DNA of 42,368 bases from Armatimonadota bacterium (GCA_037444405.1 JBBIML010000023.1:1-42368), one strand, 5' to 3'; positions 1 through 10,943 are shown, counted from the stretch's first letter. A program made the numbers and translations. The notes: generated by a model not told the origin, from the letters alone.

Positions 1-2
1 CC

Positions 3-1286
3 GTGATTGTGCCGCCCGAGGGGCGCGATCTGGGCTGCAACCCGACCGACATCCCCGACTGCGACGACATCCTGCAGGAGACCCAGGTGAGTGACAACTG
101 TCCTCACGAACCGCTGACAGTGGAATGCCGCTTCGAGGATGTACGGGATGGCTGCATCGTGACGCGCACCTTCACGATTGTGGCGATTGACAAGTGTGGC
201 AATCGCTCCACCGCCACCACCTGGGTGCGCTGGAACGAGGACACCGAGCCGCCCGTGGTCAACAATGTGCCTGAGACCGACAAGCTGCCGTGCAACACGC
301 GCCCGACCTGCGACCTGCTGATTGCGCGGCACAATATCCACGCGAAGGACAACTGCGAGCACGAGCCGCCCACGCTCCACTGCGAGGCTGGACCGGTGGA
401 GGACATCGGCAACTGCCGATTCCGCCAGGTGTTCACCTTCTGGGCAGTGGACAAGTGCGGCAACCGCTCCGCAGACTACCGAGTCGCTGTGTTCTGGAAG
501 GAGGACACCGAGCCGCCAGTGCTGCACAATGTGCCTGACGATATGGATCTGGGCTGCAATCCGACCGACATCCCCGACTGCGACGACATTGCGGCTGGCG
601 TCACCGCCACCGACAACTGCGATCCGGATGTGCGGGTGACCTGCTCCTACCGCGACTTCAGCTTCGGCTGCCTGCGTATCCGCTCGTTCATCCTGGCGGC
701 GGCGGACGAGTGCGGCAATGTCACCACGCGGAAGGTGGTGGTCTCCTGGACGGAGGACACCCAGCCGCCCGTGGTGCGCTGCCCGGACAATATCGTGGTG
801 CAGGCGCAGTTCCCCGACTGCCTGGTGCCGGTGACCTTCCGGGCGAAAGCGGAAGACAACTGCGACCCGAACCCGCGTGTGGAGTGCGATCCGCCATCGG
901 GGAGCTTCTTCCCGCTGGGCGTAACCACCGTGACCTGCACCGCGACCGACCGCTGCGGCAACCGCGCCACCTGCCAGTTCACCGTGACGGTGCTCGGCTA
1001 CATCTGCGGCATCAAGTTCGAGGACCTGAACGGGAACGGCGCGCAGGATCCGGGCGAGCCCGGTCTGCCCGGCTGGACCTTCGAGCTGGTGCAGAACAAC
1101 ACTGTCATCGCCACGGCGGTCACGGGTCCGGATGGCAGATTCTGCTTCCTGGGTCTGCTGCCGGGCAACTATGTGGTGCGGGAGGTGCTGCAACCTGGCT
1201 GGATCAATACCACACCGATCGAGCGGACGGTGCGCCTGCCACACGATTGCGCCAAGATCTTGTACTTCGGCAATCGGCGGCAGTAA
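3..1286 (+). CDS. Cys-rich HYR-like repeat surface protein with C-terminal SdrD B-like domain (5'-truncated by window edge)
   Basis: ~85-aa repeats DTEPPV...DNC...AxDxCGN; canonical HYR (PSGSFFPLGVTTVTCTATDRCGN); SdrD-B motif GIKFEDLNGNGAQDPGEPGLPGW...FGN. Confidence 0.8.
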   Translation: MIVPPEGRDLGCNPTDIPDCDDILQETQVSDNCPHEPLTVECRFEDVRDGCIVTRTFTIVAIDKCGNRSTATTWVRWNEDTEPPVVNNVPETDKLPCNTRPTCDLLIARHNIHAKDNCEHEPPTLHCEAGPVEDIGNCRFRQVFTFWAVDKCGNRSADYRVAVFWKEDTEPPVLHNVPDDMDLGCNPTDIPDCDDIAAGVTATDNCDPDVRVTCSYRDFSFGCLRIRSFILAAADECGNVTTRKVVVSWTEDTQPPVVRCPDNIVVQAQFPDCLVPVTFRAKAEDNCDPNPRVECDPPSGSFFPLGVTTVTCTATDRCGNRATCQFTVTVLGYICGIKFEDLNGNGAQDPGEPGLPGWTFELVQNNTVIATAVTGPDGRFCFLGLLPGNYVVREVLQPGWINTTPIERTVRLPHDCAKILYFGNRRQ

Positions 1287-1324
1287 GCAGGTTGCAGCTT
1301 CCGCTTCTCTAACACCGCAGCATC

Positions 1325-1363
1325 GGGAGGCGACCCCTGAGCGGGGTCGCCTCCCCTTCTCTT
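1325..1363 (+). terminator. Intrinsic terminator-like hairpin between convergent genes
   Basis: 13-bp stem GGGAGGCGACCCC/GGGGTCGCCTCCC, 5-nt loop, followed by CTTCTCTT. Confidence 0.75.
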
Positions 1364-3244
1364 TCAGGGCTTGATCACCCGCACCAGCTGCGAGTCGCCC
1401 GTCCGACCTGCGCCGTCGTAAACGCGCACCCGGAGCGTATGCTCGCCCGAAGACCATGAGCCTGTGCTCCCGCGGAAGGTGAACGGCGGCGCTGTGGTGG
1501 TGTATCGCCGCACGCCGTCCACATACAGCTCGGCTCGCACCACCCCCACATCATCCCGGGCGTCCACCTCCACCACCAGCCCGTCGCCCTGCAGAACCAT
1601 GCCGTCCACAGGCGGCTGCCCGTTGATGGCTGTAATCTGCACGGTGGGCGGATAGCGGTCCTCCGGGTTGTTCACATAAATCTGGATCGCATGCACGCCG
1701 CGATTGCCCGCCCCATCATGGGCAACCGCGCTGAGCGTGTGCCAGCCCGGCGGCACCGTCAGACTGTTCCACCAGACGCGATAAGGCTCGTTCAAACGCC
1801 ATGTCAGCCGGGTGTCGTCCACATATATTTCCACATGGGAGATGCCTGTCGGATCGGAGGCTTCGCAGCTGATCCAGAAGGCGCCGCTGACCACCTCCCC
1901 GTTCCTGTGGCTGGTGATGCGCACGCTGGGCGGCGTCCGCTCGGGCGAGAGACCCCGCGCGACCATCACCGCCCGATAGGCGTTCACACAACCCCAGCCA
2001 TATTCCCAATCCCAGCCCGGCGGTCCCATATCCACTGCGGTCTGTTGCAGGATGGACTGCACGCGCTCGCCCGTCAGATAAGGGTTCGCCGACAGCATTA
2101 GCGCCGCGACGCCCGCCACAATCGGGTGAGAGAAGGAGGTGCCGCCCGCCAGAGTATAGCTCCCGGTTCGGGTGGTGGTGATAATCTCGTCACCGGGAGC
2201 GACCAGATCAAGGTCCGAGCCGTAGTTCGAAAAGGGCGCCCGCTGATGCTCCCTGCTGATCGCGCCCACCCGAAGGATATAGGGATTATCGGGCGGATTG
2301 CCCGTTATGGGCAATCCGTCGTTGCCTGACGGCATGGTGACCACACCGCGGGCGCGCTCCATAAAATAGCGCGCCGCATCCGTTACAAGACGGTTGCCCT
2401 CAGACCTATTGTCATAAGTACTCATCGCCCAGCTCACCGCCGCCACGCGGGCGCCGTTGTTCGCCGCCCACACAAGCGCCTGCGCTATCACTCCGTAGCT
2501 CCCATTACCGTTCGGTGCCGCAACCCGAATGGGCATAATGCGACAGCCCCAGGTGACGCCGGCGACCCCGATGCCGTTGTTCGTTGCCGCGCCAACCACG
2601 CCCGCGACCGCCGTGCCGTGACCATCAATATCGCGCGTGTCGCGATTGCCATCATAAAAATTCCAGCCGGGCACCAGTCGGCTCACCAGATCGGGCACGG
2701 GATTCACCCCGCCATCAATTATCGCTATCACAATCTGAGGGCTTCCACGCTGGTAATACCAGGCGGCAGGTGCGCCGATGCGGGTCAGGTGCCAGCCATA
2801 GTTATAGCTTGTGTTGAGGTCAAACAGCGGGTCGTTGGGTATAACCAGGGTGGAGAAGTATGAAGATGGCTGCAGCAGATAATCCAGCTCCGCATATTCC
2901 ACCGCGGAGAAACGCTTCAGCAGGTCGGCATAATCGCGCTCGCTGGCGCCGTCGGGAACCTGCACAAAAAGCACCCCCAGCTCCGGGATGGCATCCTCCA
3001 CCCTTAAATCCAGCGCGGTCGTGATGAGATTAACGACCGCCGGATGGGTGCCCTCACGGAACTTGACCAGCACCCGCCCCGGCACAATGGGCGCAGAGGA
3101 AACCGCTTCGGAATCGATGGTTGATTCAGAAGTTGTGAAATACTTTTCGTCAACAGAATCTGTTCCTGCCAGTCCTGCGTTCAGCAATCCGGCGAACAGG
3201 GCAACAGCCCATCGGGTTCGTGCTTTTCTGAAAAGCGTTTGCAT
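1364..3244 (-). CDS. Secreted S8 subtilisin-family serine peptidase with two C-terminal bacterial Ig-like domains
   Basis: Catalytic motifs IIDGG, GHGT, SGNDG, GTSFS; signal-like N-terminus; GGAGG upstream of ATG 3244; Big-like repeats (VDDTRL...W, VELYVDG-like). Confidence 0.9.
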   Translation of the reverse strand: MQTLFRKARTRWAVALFAGLLNAGLAGTDSVDEKYFTTSESTIDSEAVSSAPIVPGRVLVKFREGTHPAVVNLITTALDLRVEDAIPELGVLFVQVPDGASERDYADLLKRFSAVEYAELDYLLQPSSYFSTLVIPNDPLFDLNTSYNYGWHLTRIGAPAAWYYQRGSPQIVIAIIDGGVNPVPDLVSRLVPGWNFYDGNRDTRDIDGHGTAVAGVVGAATNNGIGVAGVTWGCRIMPIRVAAPNGNGSYGVIAQALVWAANNGARVAAVSWAMSTYDNRSEGNRLVTDAARYFMERARGVVTMPSGNDGLPITGNPPDNPYILRVGAISREHQRAPFSNYGSDLDLVAPGDEIITTTRTGSYTLAGGTSFSHPIVAGVAALMLSANPYLTGERVQSILQQTAVDMGPPGWDWEYGWGCVNAYRAVMVARGLSPERTPPSVRITSHRNGEVVSGAFWISCEASDPTGISHVEIYVDDTRLTWRLNEPYRVWWNSLTVPPGWHTLSAVAHDGAGNRGVHAIQIYVNNPEDRYPPTVQITAINGQPPVDGMVLQGDGLVVEVDARDDVGVVRAELYVDGVRRYTTTAPPFTFRGSTGSWSSGEHTLRVRVYDGAGRTGDSQLVRVIKP

Positions 3245-3338
3245 AGCGCACCTCCCAGCGCGGTTGTTCCACAGGGTATACAATGGCGTTTCCCGTATTC
3301 CTGCGAGGATTGGCGTTTTGCAGGGTATCGTTAGAGCG

Positions 3339-4883
3339 ATGGAGCTGCGCACGCGCTTGTTGATAGTGGGTGGCGGGCTGGGCGGTTGCGCCGCGGCGAT
3401 GGCGGCGACCGCGCTCGGCATCCCCACCATCCTGACCGAAGAGAGCGACTGGCTCGGCGGGCAGCTCACGGCGCAGGCGGTGCCGCCCGACGAACATCGC
3501 TGGATCGAGCAGCAGGGCTGCACGCGCCGCTACCGCGCCCTCCGCGACGCTATCCGCGACCACTACCGCCGCTTCTACCCGCTGCTCGAATCGGCGCGCG
3601 CTGACCCTTTCCTCAATCCGGGCGGCGGACTGGTCAGTCGCCTGTGCCACGAGCCGAAGGTCGCGCTCGCCGTGCTGAACGCGATGCTCACCTATGCACA
3701 GACGGCGGGTATGCTGCAGGTGCTGCTCGGCGTCCGACCTGTCGAAGTGCTGACCGACGGCGACTTCGTGCGGGCAGTGCGGTTTCAGCCTGATGAGATT
3801 ATCATCTATGCCGACTACATTCTGGACGCGACCGAGACGGGCGAGCTGTTGCCGCTGGGCGGCGTGGAGTATGTAACGGGCGCGGAATCGCAACGGGAGA
3901 CGGGCGAGCCGCACGCGAAGCCCGAAGCCGACCCGCTCAATATGCAGGCGTTCACATGGTGCTTCGCGATGGCGTACGACCCGAACGGCGACCACACCAT
4001 CCCGAAACCGCCGAACTATGAGCGGTGGCGGGCGTTCCAGCCGCCGTTCTGGCCGGGTCCCCTGCTCGGCTGGACGGATGTGAACCCCATCACGCTGCAG
4101 CCGCGCCGATTGAGCCTGTTCGGTGAGGATGGCACTTTCCCCCTGTTCGCCTATCGGCAGATAGTGAACCCTGCGCTCTACCCGCCCGAAATTGCGCCTC
4201 GCCCCGTCACGATTGTGAACTGGCCGCAGAACGACTATTTCGTAGGCAATCCGTATGAGGTGTCGGGGGAGGAGGCGGCACGCCATCGGGCGGGGGCGCG
4301 CGAGCTGAGCCTGTGCCTGCTCTACTGGCTGCAGACGGAGGCGCCGCGCCCCGACGGCGGCATGGGCTACCCCGGTCTGCACCTGCGCCCCGATATAACA
4401 GGCACGCCCGACGGCTTCGCCAAGGCGCCTTACATCCGCGAATCGCGCCGCATCCGCGCCCGATTCACCATCTGCGAGCAGCATGTGAGCGCGGCGTGCC
4501 GCCCGAACGCCACACTCGCCGAGCCGTTCCCCGATAGTGTCGGCGTCGGACACTACCGTATCGACCTGCATCCCAGCACGGGCGGCGACACCTATCTGGA
4601 TATTGAGGCGCTGCCGTTCCAGATACCGCTCGGCGCACTGATCCCCATCCGCGTGCGCAACCTCCTGCCCGCCTGCAAAAACATCGGCACTACGCACATC
4701 ACCAACGGCTGCTACCGCCTGCACCCGGTGGAGTGGAACATCGGCGAATCGGCAGGGCTGCTGATCGCGCTCTGCCTGTTGCGCCGTGTGGAGCCGCATC
4801 AGGTGTACGAAACGCCTGCGCTGCTGCAGGAGTATCAGAGCCTGCTGCGAGCGCAGGGCATCCAGCTGGAGTGGCGCTTTTAA
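3339..4883 (+). CDS. FAD-dependent oxidoreductase (FAD_oxidored family)
   Basis: GGGLGG Rossmann motif, WLGGQLT, DATETGEL, PYIRESRRI, YRLHPVEWNIGE. Confidence 0.85.
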   Translation: MELRTRLLIVGGGLGGCAAAMAATALGIPTILTEESDWLGGQLTAQAVPPDEHRWIEQQGCTRRYRALRDAIRDHYRRFYPLLESARADPFLNPGGGLVSRLCHEPKVALAVLNAMLTYAQTAGMLQVLLGVRPVEVLTDGDFVRAVRFQPDEIIIYADYILDATETGELLPLGGVEYVTGAESQRETGEPHAKPEADPLNMQAFTWCFAMAYDPNGDHTIPKPPNYERWRAFQPPFWPGPLLGWTDVNPITLQPRRLSLFGEDGTFPLFAYRQIVNPALYPPEIAPRPVTIVNWPQNDYFVGNPYEVSGEEAARHRAGARELSLCLLYWLQTEAPRPDGGMGYPGLHLRPDITGTPDGFAKAPYIRESRRIRARFTICEQHVSAACRPNATLAEPFPDSVGVGHYRIDLHPSTGGDTYLDIEALPFQIPLGALIPIRVRNLLPACKNIGTTHITNGCYRLHPVEWNIGESAGLLIALCLLRRVEPHQVYETPALLQEYQSLLRAQGIQLEWRF

Positions 4884-5207
4884 TCAATCCCGAAGCAGGT
4901 TCACCGATTCGATGTCGATGGTCTCGCGCAGGCGGAAAATCGCCACGATGATGCCCAGCCCGATTGCCACCTCCGCCGCCGCCACGCCGATCACGAACAG
5001 CACGAACACATGCCCCGCCACCTGCGCCGGCAGACCCGGCTGATGCAGCGCGAAGGTGAGAAAAGTGAGGTTCACCGCGTTCAGCATCAGCTCGATGCAC
5101 ATAAAGATGACGATCGGGTTGCGCTTGATCAGCACGCCCACCGCGCCAATCGCGAACAGGAACGCCGCCAGGGTCAGATAGGCATTTGCAGGCACGGTAC
5201 CCATCAT
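4884..5207 (-). CDS. nuoK: NADH-quinone oxidoreductase subunit K
   Basis: [13 protein letters not shown] and [11 protein letters not shown] motifs; ATGA overlap with nuoJ stop; AAGGAG RBS. Confidence 0.95.
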   Translation of the reverse strand: MMGTVPANAYLTLAAFLFAIGAVGVLIKRNPIVIFMCIELMLNAVNLTFLTFALHQPGLPAQVAGHVFVLFVIGVAAAEVAIGLGIIVAIFRLRETIDIESVNLLRD

Positions 5208-5704
5208 ATCGCCCTCCTTCGTGCCAGCAGGATAGAGCCAATCACGCCGACGGTAAGCAGCACCGCCACAATCAGCAGCGGGAACGCCCACTGTGTGAAG
5301 AGCGCCAGCCCGATCAGGCGAGCTGTGCCCGCCTGCGTCTGGGTCTGCGGCGTGGGCACGCTGATGACCAGAAACACCTGGCTCACCAGCAGCGCGAACA
5401 ACCCGATGGACAGCAGCCACGCCATCGGGCGCCGCCACCCCCGTTCCACACGCTGCGCCTCCGGCGAACCGAGATTGAGCAGCATAATCACGAACAGGAA
5501 CAGCACCATAATCGCGCCCGCGTACACAATCACCTGAATGATGCCGATGAACGGCGCGCTCAGCGTGAAATAGAGGATTGCCAGCGTGAAAAAGTTCAGC
5601 ACGAGCAGCAACGCACTGCGCACTGGGTTGCGCGATAGCACCACGCCGACCGCCGTGCTGATGGCAATCAGGGCGCACAGAAAGAAGAAGAGCCGCTCAG
5701 CCAT
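5204..5704 (-). CDS. nuoJ: NADH-quinone oxidoreductase subunit J
   Basis: NPVRSAL and [20 protein letters not shown] motifs. Confidence 0.95.
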   Translation of the reverse strand: MAERLFFFLCALIAISTAVGVVLSRNPVRSALLLVLNFFTLAILYFTLSAPFIGIIQVIVYAGAIMVLFLFVIMLLNLGSPEAQRVERGWRRPMAWLLSIGLFALLVSQVFLVISVPTPQTQTQAGTARLIGLALFTQWAFPLLIVAVLLTVGVIGSILLARRRAI

Positions 5705-6926
5705 GGGGCACCTCCGTTTGCGGGCGGCGCTGATAGGGGCGCGCCTCCCCGTACAGAATCGCGCGCCGACGCTCGACTCGCCGCGAGCGACCCGCCGCCC
5801 AGAACGCGTAGAGCAGAATCGCCAGCGCGTAGCCTATCAGCGCGGGCAGCCAGCCAGACACCAGATAGACCGTCAGCAACGCCAGATTGATCAGTCCGAC
5901 GGGGATCAGCACGCGCCAGCCGAGGTTCATCAGCTGGTCATAGCGCAGACGCAGCAGCGTCGCCCGCACCCACACGAAGCAGAAAAAGAGCGCGCCAAGT
6001 TTCAGGATGAGCCAGAAGGGCGGCGCGAGCGCGCCCGTAACCGCCGCCAGCGGCACCCACAGCCCGCCTGCCGAACCCGCCAGCGACTGAATCGGCGACC
6101 AGTTCAGAGGCGCCAGATAGCCGCCCAGAAAGCAGCTGGTCATGATCGCGCTGATGGTCACCAGCGCCATATATTCGCCCATAAAGAACGCGGCGAACTT
6201 CATACTGCTGTATTCGGTCTGATAGCCCGCCACCAGCTCGCTCTCGGCTTCGGGCAGGTCGAACGGCGCGCGGTTCGTCTCCGCCAGCATGCAGACGAAA
6301 AAGAGCGCAGCGCCCACCAGCCCCCACGGCGTGAACACAAGCCAGTTGGGAACGATACTGATAAGCCCCCACAGCGGCTGCGCCTGCACCGCCACCATCT
6401 CGGTCATGCGCAGGCTACCGCTGGCCAAGATTGCCGTCGCCAGCGCCAGCCCCATGCCGAGTTCGTAACTGATGACCTGCGCCGACGCCCGCAACCCGCC
6501 CAGCAGCGAATATTTGTTGTTGGACGACCAGCCCGCCAGCAGCACGCCATACGCCGCCAGCGACGACATCGCCAGAAAGTAGAGGATGCCAATCTCCACA
6601 TCGGCAACGGGCGTCAGCAGGCGGTTGGGTCCCCACGGGATAGTAGCCGCTGCTACCAGCGCAGGGAACAGCGACAGCGCAGGCGCCAGCGACCAGATGA
6701 GCCGATCGGCGTCCGCAGGCACAATCTCCTCCTTGAAAAAGAGCTTCACCGCGTCGGCGACAGGCTGGAACAGCCCGAACGGTCCCAGACGATTGGGACC
6801 GATCCGGTCCTGGAACCAGGCGAGCAGTCGCCGTTCGAGCCAGATGAACAGCGGCAGCGTGCCCAGCAGAAAGCCCAGCACAATCGCCACCCGCACCAGC
6901 GCCCAGCCGAGTTCCGCAACTGTCAT
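5697..6926 (-). CDS. nuoH: NADH-quinone oxidoreductase subunit H
   Basis: ERR...QDRIGPNRLGPFG, AQVISYE, AETNRAPFDLPEAESELVAGYQTEYS, RYDQLMNLGW. Confidence 0.96.
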   Translation of the reverse strand: MTVAELGWALVRVAIVLGFLLGTLPLFIWLERRLLAWFQDRIGPNRLGPFGLFQPVADAVKLFFKEEIVPADADRLIWSLAPALSLFPALVAAATIPWGPNRLLTPVADVEIGILYFLAMSSLAAYGVLLAGWSSNNKYSLLGGLRASAQVISYELGMGLALATAILASGSLRMTEMVAVQAQPLWGLISIVPNWLVFTPWGLVGAALFFVCMLAETNRAPFDLPEAESELVAGYQTEYSSMKFAAFFMGEYMALVTISAIMTSCFLGGYLAPLNWSPIQSLAGSAGGLWVPLAAVTGALAPPFWLILKLGALFFCFVWVRATLLRLRYDQLMNLGWRVLIPVGLINLALLTVYLVSGWLPALIGYALAILLYAFWAAGRSRRVERRRAILYGEARPYQRRPQTEVPHG

Positions 6927-6947
6927 GCGAGGGGATTATACCTGTAT

Positions 6948-7277
6948 TCAGAACCGTTCGAACCGTTCCACGGGCAGCACGAACACGACCGCGCCGCCCA
7001 CCTCGACGGCAATCGGCGTCGGCAGGAAGGTGCCAATCGGCGCGGCGTCGGGCGGGATGGGATTAATATACTGCTCGCGCGTGTGGCAGTTCTGCTCCAG
7101 CAGGTTCAGCAGCGGCTCCAGCTGCTCATCGTCCACGCCAATCAGCAGGGTGGTGTTGCCCTCGCGCAGAAAGCCGCCCGTGCTGGCGAGCTGGGTGAAC
7201 TTGAACTGATGCTCCAGCAGGGCTTCCATCACGCGCCCTTTGTCCCGCGTGTGGATGACCGCGATGACCAGTTTCAT
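6948..7277 (-). CDS. darA: Cyclic di-AMP receptor, PII-like (DarA/PstA/YaaQ family)
   Basis: LASTGGFLREGNTTLLIGV and VGGAVVFVLPVERF motifs; directly downstream of tmk. Confidence 0.88.
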   Translation of the reverse strand: MKLVIAVIHTRDKGRVMEALLEHQFKFTQLASTGGFLREGNTTLLIGVDDEQLEPLLNLLEQNCHTREQYINPIPPDAAPIGTFLPTPIAVEVGGAVVFVLPVERFERF

Positions 7278-7897
7278 CGTTCTGCCTCCTGTAGCCAGCC
7301 GCCTGCCCGCAGCGCGCCCAGAATGGCTTCCTGCAGGGCGTCTAGCGACTGCGTGCCGTCCAGCACCCTGAAGCGCATTGGCTCGCGCTCCGCAAGGCGC
7401 AGGTAGCCCTCGCGCACGCGCCGATGGAACTCGATCTGCTCGCGCTCAAATCGGTTCGGCGTGCGCACCCGTTTTAGTGCCTGCTCCACGGGCAGGTCGA
7501 TCAGGAAGGTGAGGTTCGGCTGCAAGCCGTCGGTCGCAAACCGATTGAGCTGGTGCAGCCATTCGATGTCCAGCCCGCGCCCGTAGCCCTGATAGGCGAG
7601 CGTCGAGTCGGCGTAGCGGTCGCTGATGACCCATCGCCCTGCCTGGAGCGCGGGACCAATCACCGTGCGCACATGGTGGCTGCGGTTCGCTAAAAAGAGC
7701 AGCAGCTCGGTGATGGGGTCGATGGGGTGCTGCAGGAGCCACTGGCGGATGGCAACGCCCAGCTCGCTGCCGCCTGGCTCGCAGGTGAGCAGGGCGGGGA
7801 TGGCGTGCTGATGGAGCCAGTCGGCGAGCCATCGGCTCAGCGTGGTTTTGCCCGCGCCTTCGATGCCTTCGAAGGTGATGAGCGGCGCGCGACGCAT
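7274..7897 (-). CDS. tmk: Thymidylate kinase
   Basis: FEGIEGAGKTT P-loop; DRYADSTLAYQGYGRG. Confidence 0.96.
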   Translation of the reverse strand: MRRAPLITFEGIEGAGKTTLSRWLADWLHQHAIPALLTCEPGGSELGVAIRQWLLQHPIDPITELLLFLANRSHHVRTVIGPALQAGRWVISDRYADSTLAYQGYGRGLDIEWLHQLNRFATDGLQPNLTFLIDLPVEQALKRVRTPNRFEREQIEFHRRVREGYLRLAEREPMRFRVLDGTQSLDALQEAILGALRAGGWLQEAER

Positions 7898-9511
7898 TTA
7901 GCGCTCCCCCTGTTCGTCCATATAGATGGGCAGGATTCGCACGCGGCGGCGCGGCTCTTCACCCACGCTCTCCGACAGCAGGCGGTACTTCTCGATGAGC
8001 TGGTGCTGCAGGCGGCGCAGGTAGGCGTTCTGGGGCGAGAGTTCGTACGGCTGGGCGGTCGCCAGCACATATTCGACGCCCTCTTCGGCTTCGCGCAGGG
8101 CGCGCTCCTCCGCGCTCTCATCGGCTTGCGGGCGATGGAACAGCTCGCGCAGCGCGCTCGCAAGCTGCGAGTAGGTGTTGCTCCGCACGACGGCAATCGG
8201 GATCTGTTTCTGCAGTGCCTCGCGCACTTTGGGCGGGCGACGCTGGAAGGTGGAATGGATGACCACCATCGCGTCGGCGTCGCTTACATCGCGCGCGATG
8301 TAGGCGGGCAGGCGCAGCTCGCGCAGTGCCTTCTCCAGTCGGCTGCGGCTGACCCCATAGGGGAAGATTCGGGTGGGCGTGCGCGGGGCTGACCCCGCAT
8401 CGGGCGTGATGACCAGCGGCGTGCCTGGCGACGGCTCCGTCACAGGCGGGCGTTCGATGCCCTCCGCACCCGCGCGCGGCAACAGGTCGCTTCGCTGCAC
8501 TATCTCGATCTCGCCTGTGGGCGACTGCACCCGAATCTCAGGGCGTGGCGGGATACCGCGCAGCATCCGATCGACCGTCTGCGCCACATCGTGATGCACC
8601 GCCAGCCGATGGAAGTCGAGAATCTCGATCACCACATCGAAGGTGGGGGGCGCTTTGCGTTCCAGCACGGTCTTCTGGGTGCCGCGGCGGCGGGCTTCCT
8701 CGTCGGAGAGCGTGACGGTCTGCACGCCGCCCACCAGGTCGGACAGCGTGGGGTTCATCAGCAGGTTCTCCAGCGAGGTGCCGTGCGCGGTGCCGATGAG
8801 CTGCACGCCCCGCTCGGCAATCGTGCGGGCAGCGTACGCCTCCAGCTCGGTGCCAATCTCGTCGATAATGATGACCTCGGGCATGTGGTTCTCGACGGCT
8901 TCGATCATCACGGCGTGCTGGAGGCTCGGCTCCGGCACCTGCATGCGGCGGGCGAAGCCGATGCCCGGATGCGGGATGTCGCCGTCGCCGGCAATTTCGT
9001 TGGAGGTGTCCACTATCACCACGCGCTTGTCGTACTCGTCCGCCAGCACGCGGGCGACCTCGCGCAGGCGCGTCGTCTTGCCCACGCCCGGCTTACCTAA
9101 CAGCAAAATGTTCTTGCCGGAGGCGACAATATCGTGAATGATGTCGATGGTGCCATAGATGGCGCGTCCCACCCGACAGGTCAGCCCGATAATGCGCCCC
9201 TGACGGTTGCGAATCGCCGAGATGCGATGCAGGGTGCGCGGGATGCCCGCGCGGTTGTCCTTGCCGAACGCCCCTATCCGATCCGCCACATACTTGAGGT
9301 CGTACTCCTCGACCTGCGTGTTCTCGAGGCGGATCGTGCGGTTCATGAATCGCGCTTCGGGCATCCGCCCCAGGTCCAGCACGACCTCCAGCAGCTCCTC
9401 CAGATCGGGCTGCTCCTCCAGCCACTGGCGAATGGTTGGGGGCAGCACCTCCAGCATCGCAGTCAAATCGTCCGTTATCGCGCGCTCCGATTGAGTCACA
9501 GGCTGTGCCAT
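7898..9511 (-). CDS. Ycf45/SpoIIIAA-like AAA ATPase with C-terminal R3H domain
   Basis: [39 protein letters not shown]3H motif [11 protein letters not shown]; start placed at ATG 9511. Confidence 0.9.
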   Translation of the reverse strand: MAQPVTQSERAITDDLTAMLEVLPPTIRQWLEEQPDLEELLEVVLDLGRMPEARFMNRTIRLENTQVEEYDLKYVADRIGAFGKDNRAGIPRTLHRISAIRNRQGRIIGLTCRVGRAIYGTIDIIHDIVASGKNILLLGKPGVGKTTRLREVARVLADEYDKRVVIVDTSNEIAGDGDIPHPGIGFARRMQVPEPSLQHAVMIEAVENHMPEVIIIDEIGTELEAYAARTIAERGVQLIGTAHGTSLENLLMNPTLSDLVGGVQTVTLSDEEARRRGTQKTVLERKAPPTFDVVIEILDFHRLAVHHDVAQTVDRMLRGIPPRPEIRVQSPTGEIEIVQRSDLLPRAGAEGIERPPVTEPSPGTPLVITPDAGSAPRTPTRIFPYGVSRSRLEKALRELRLPAYIARDVSDADAMVVIHSTFQRRPPKVREALQKQIPIAVVRSNTYSQLASALRELFHRPQADESAEERALREAEEGVEYVLATAQPYELSPQNAYLRRLQHQLIEKYRLLSESVGEEPRRRVRILPIYMDEQGER

Positions 9512-9563
9512 ATCGCTATCGCTGTATCGATTATACCCCTCTGCAGGGGGTAAACTCTCGGTG

Positions 9564-10943
9564 ATGATTGCGACCGTCAATCCCGCAACGGGCGAGCAGA
9601 TGCGGGTCTATACGCCGATGGACCCAGGGGTGGTGGAGCGGCTTATAGAGCGCGTTCATGCCGCCTATCAGGAGTGGCGATGGGCGACCTTCAGCGAGCG
9701 CGCCGCCCCCATGCGCCGACTGGCACAGCTCTTACGCGAGCGCCGGGAGGAGTACGCCCGCCTCATTACCGAAGAGATGGGCAAGCCGATAGTGCAGGCG
9801 CGTGCCGAGATCGATAAATGCGCCTGGGGCTGCGACTACTTCGCCGAGCATGCCGAATCGATGCTCGCGCCGCTGGAAGTGCCCACCGAAGCGTGGCGCA
9901 GTTATGTCGTTTTTCAGCCACTGGGCGCGATTTTAGCCATTATGCCGTGGAACTTCCCCTTCTGGCAGGTGTTTCGGTTCGCCGCGCCCGCGCTGATGGC
10001 GGGGAATGCGGTCGTACTGAAGCATGCGCCCAGCACGCCCGGCTGCGCCCTCGCGATCGAGTCGCTGATGCAGGAGGCGGGCTTCCCACCGAACCTGCTG
10101 CGAGCGGTGCTGGTGGAAAACGAGCAGGTGGAACCCATCATTCGCCATCCGCTGATTGCAGGCGTGACGCTCACAGGCAGCACGCGAGCAGGACGCGCCG
10201 TCGCCCGAATCGCAGGCGAAGAACTCAAAAAGTGCGTGCTGGAGCTGGGCGGCAGCGACCCCGCCATCATCCTCGCCGACGCCGACCTGCGACATGCGCT
10301 GAACCAGTGTGCCACTGCACGCCTTATCAACTCCGGGCAGAGCTGCATCGCCGCCAAACGCTTCATCGTGGAGCAGCCGCTGTACGAGCCGTTTGTGCAG
10401 GGCTTTGTGGAGCGCATGCAGGCACAGAAGATGGGCGACCCGCTGGACGAAAGCACCACGATTGGTCCGATTGCCCGCGCCGATTTGCGCGAGAACCTGC
10501 ATCGGCAGGTTCAGCAGAGCATCGAGCAGGGCGCACAGTGCCTGCTGGGCGGCACAATACCGGAAGGGCGCGGATTCTTCTATCCGCCAACCGTGCTGGT
10601 CAATATCCAGCGGGGCATGCCCGTGTGGGACGAGGAGACCTTCGGACCCGTCGCGCCCATCCGCGCCGCCGCCAGCCGCGACGAGGCAATCCAGCTGGCG
10701 AACGACACCCCCTACGGGCTGGGCGCGAGCGTCTACACGCGCGACCTGACACTTGGCGAGCCAATCGCCGCGCAACGGCTGGAAGCGGGCAACGCCTTCG
10801 TCAACAGCTTCGTGTTCTCCGACCCGCGCCTGCCCTTCGGCGGAATCAAGCAGAGCGGCTACGGACGCGAACTCGGCATCTTCGGCATCCGCGAGTTCAC
10901 CAATATCAAAACGGTCTACATCAGCAACCCTGCAGACGGTTAG
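9564..10943 (+). CDS. sad: NAD(P)-dependent succinate-semialdehyde dehydrogenase (ALDH family)
   Basis: [27 protein letters not shown] (catalytic Cys), [20 protein letters not shown]. Confidence 0.88.
   Translation: MIATVNPATGEQMRVYTPMDPGVVERLIERVHAAYQEWRWATFSERAAPMRRLAQLLRERREEYARLITEEMGKPIVQARAEIDKCAWGCDYFAEHAESMLAPLEVPTEAWRSYVVFQPLGAILAIMPWNFPFWQVFRFAAPALMAGNAVVLKHAPSTPGCALAIESLMQEAGFPPNLLRAVLVENEQVEPIIRHPLIAGVTLTGSTRAGRAVARIAGEELKKCVLELGGSDPAIILADADLRHALNQCATARLINSGQSCIAAKRFIVEQPLYEPFVQGFVERMQAQKMGDPLDESTTIGPIARADLRENLHRQVQQSIEQGAQCLLGGTIPEGRGFFYPPTVLVNIQRGMPVWDEETFGPVAPIRAAASRDEAIQLANDTPYGLGASVYTRDLTLGEPIAAQRLEAGNAFVNSFVFSDPRLPFGGIKQSGYGRELGIFGIREFTNIKTVYISNPADG

Noticed and set aside
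2988..3523. Extended N-termini in the ORF track making the S8 and FAD oxidoreductase genes overlap
   Set aside because: Better starts at 3244(-) and 3339(+) have RBS or -10 support and remove the overlap
5586..7406. Long + strand ORF (606 aa) and similar antisense ORFs (3150-4799, 16707-17993, 19236-20753, 41163-42329)
   Set aside because: Shadow frames of well-supported genes on the opposite strand in high-GC DNA; no recognisable motifs
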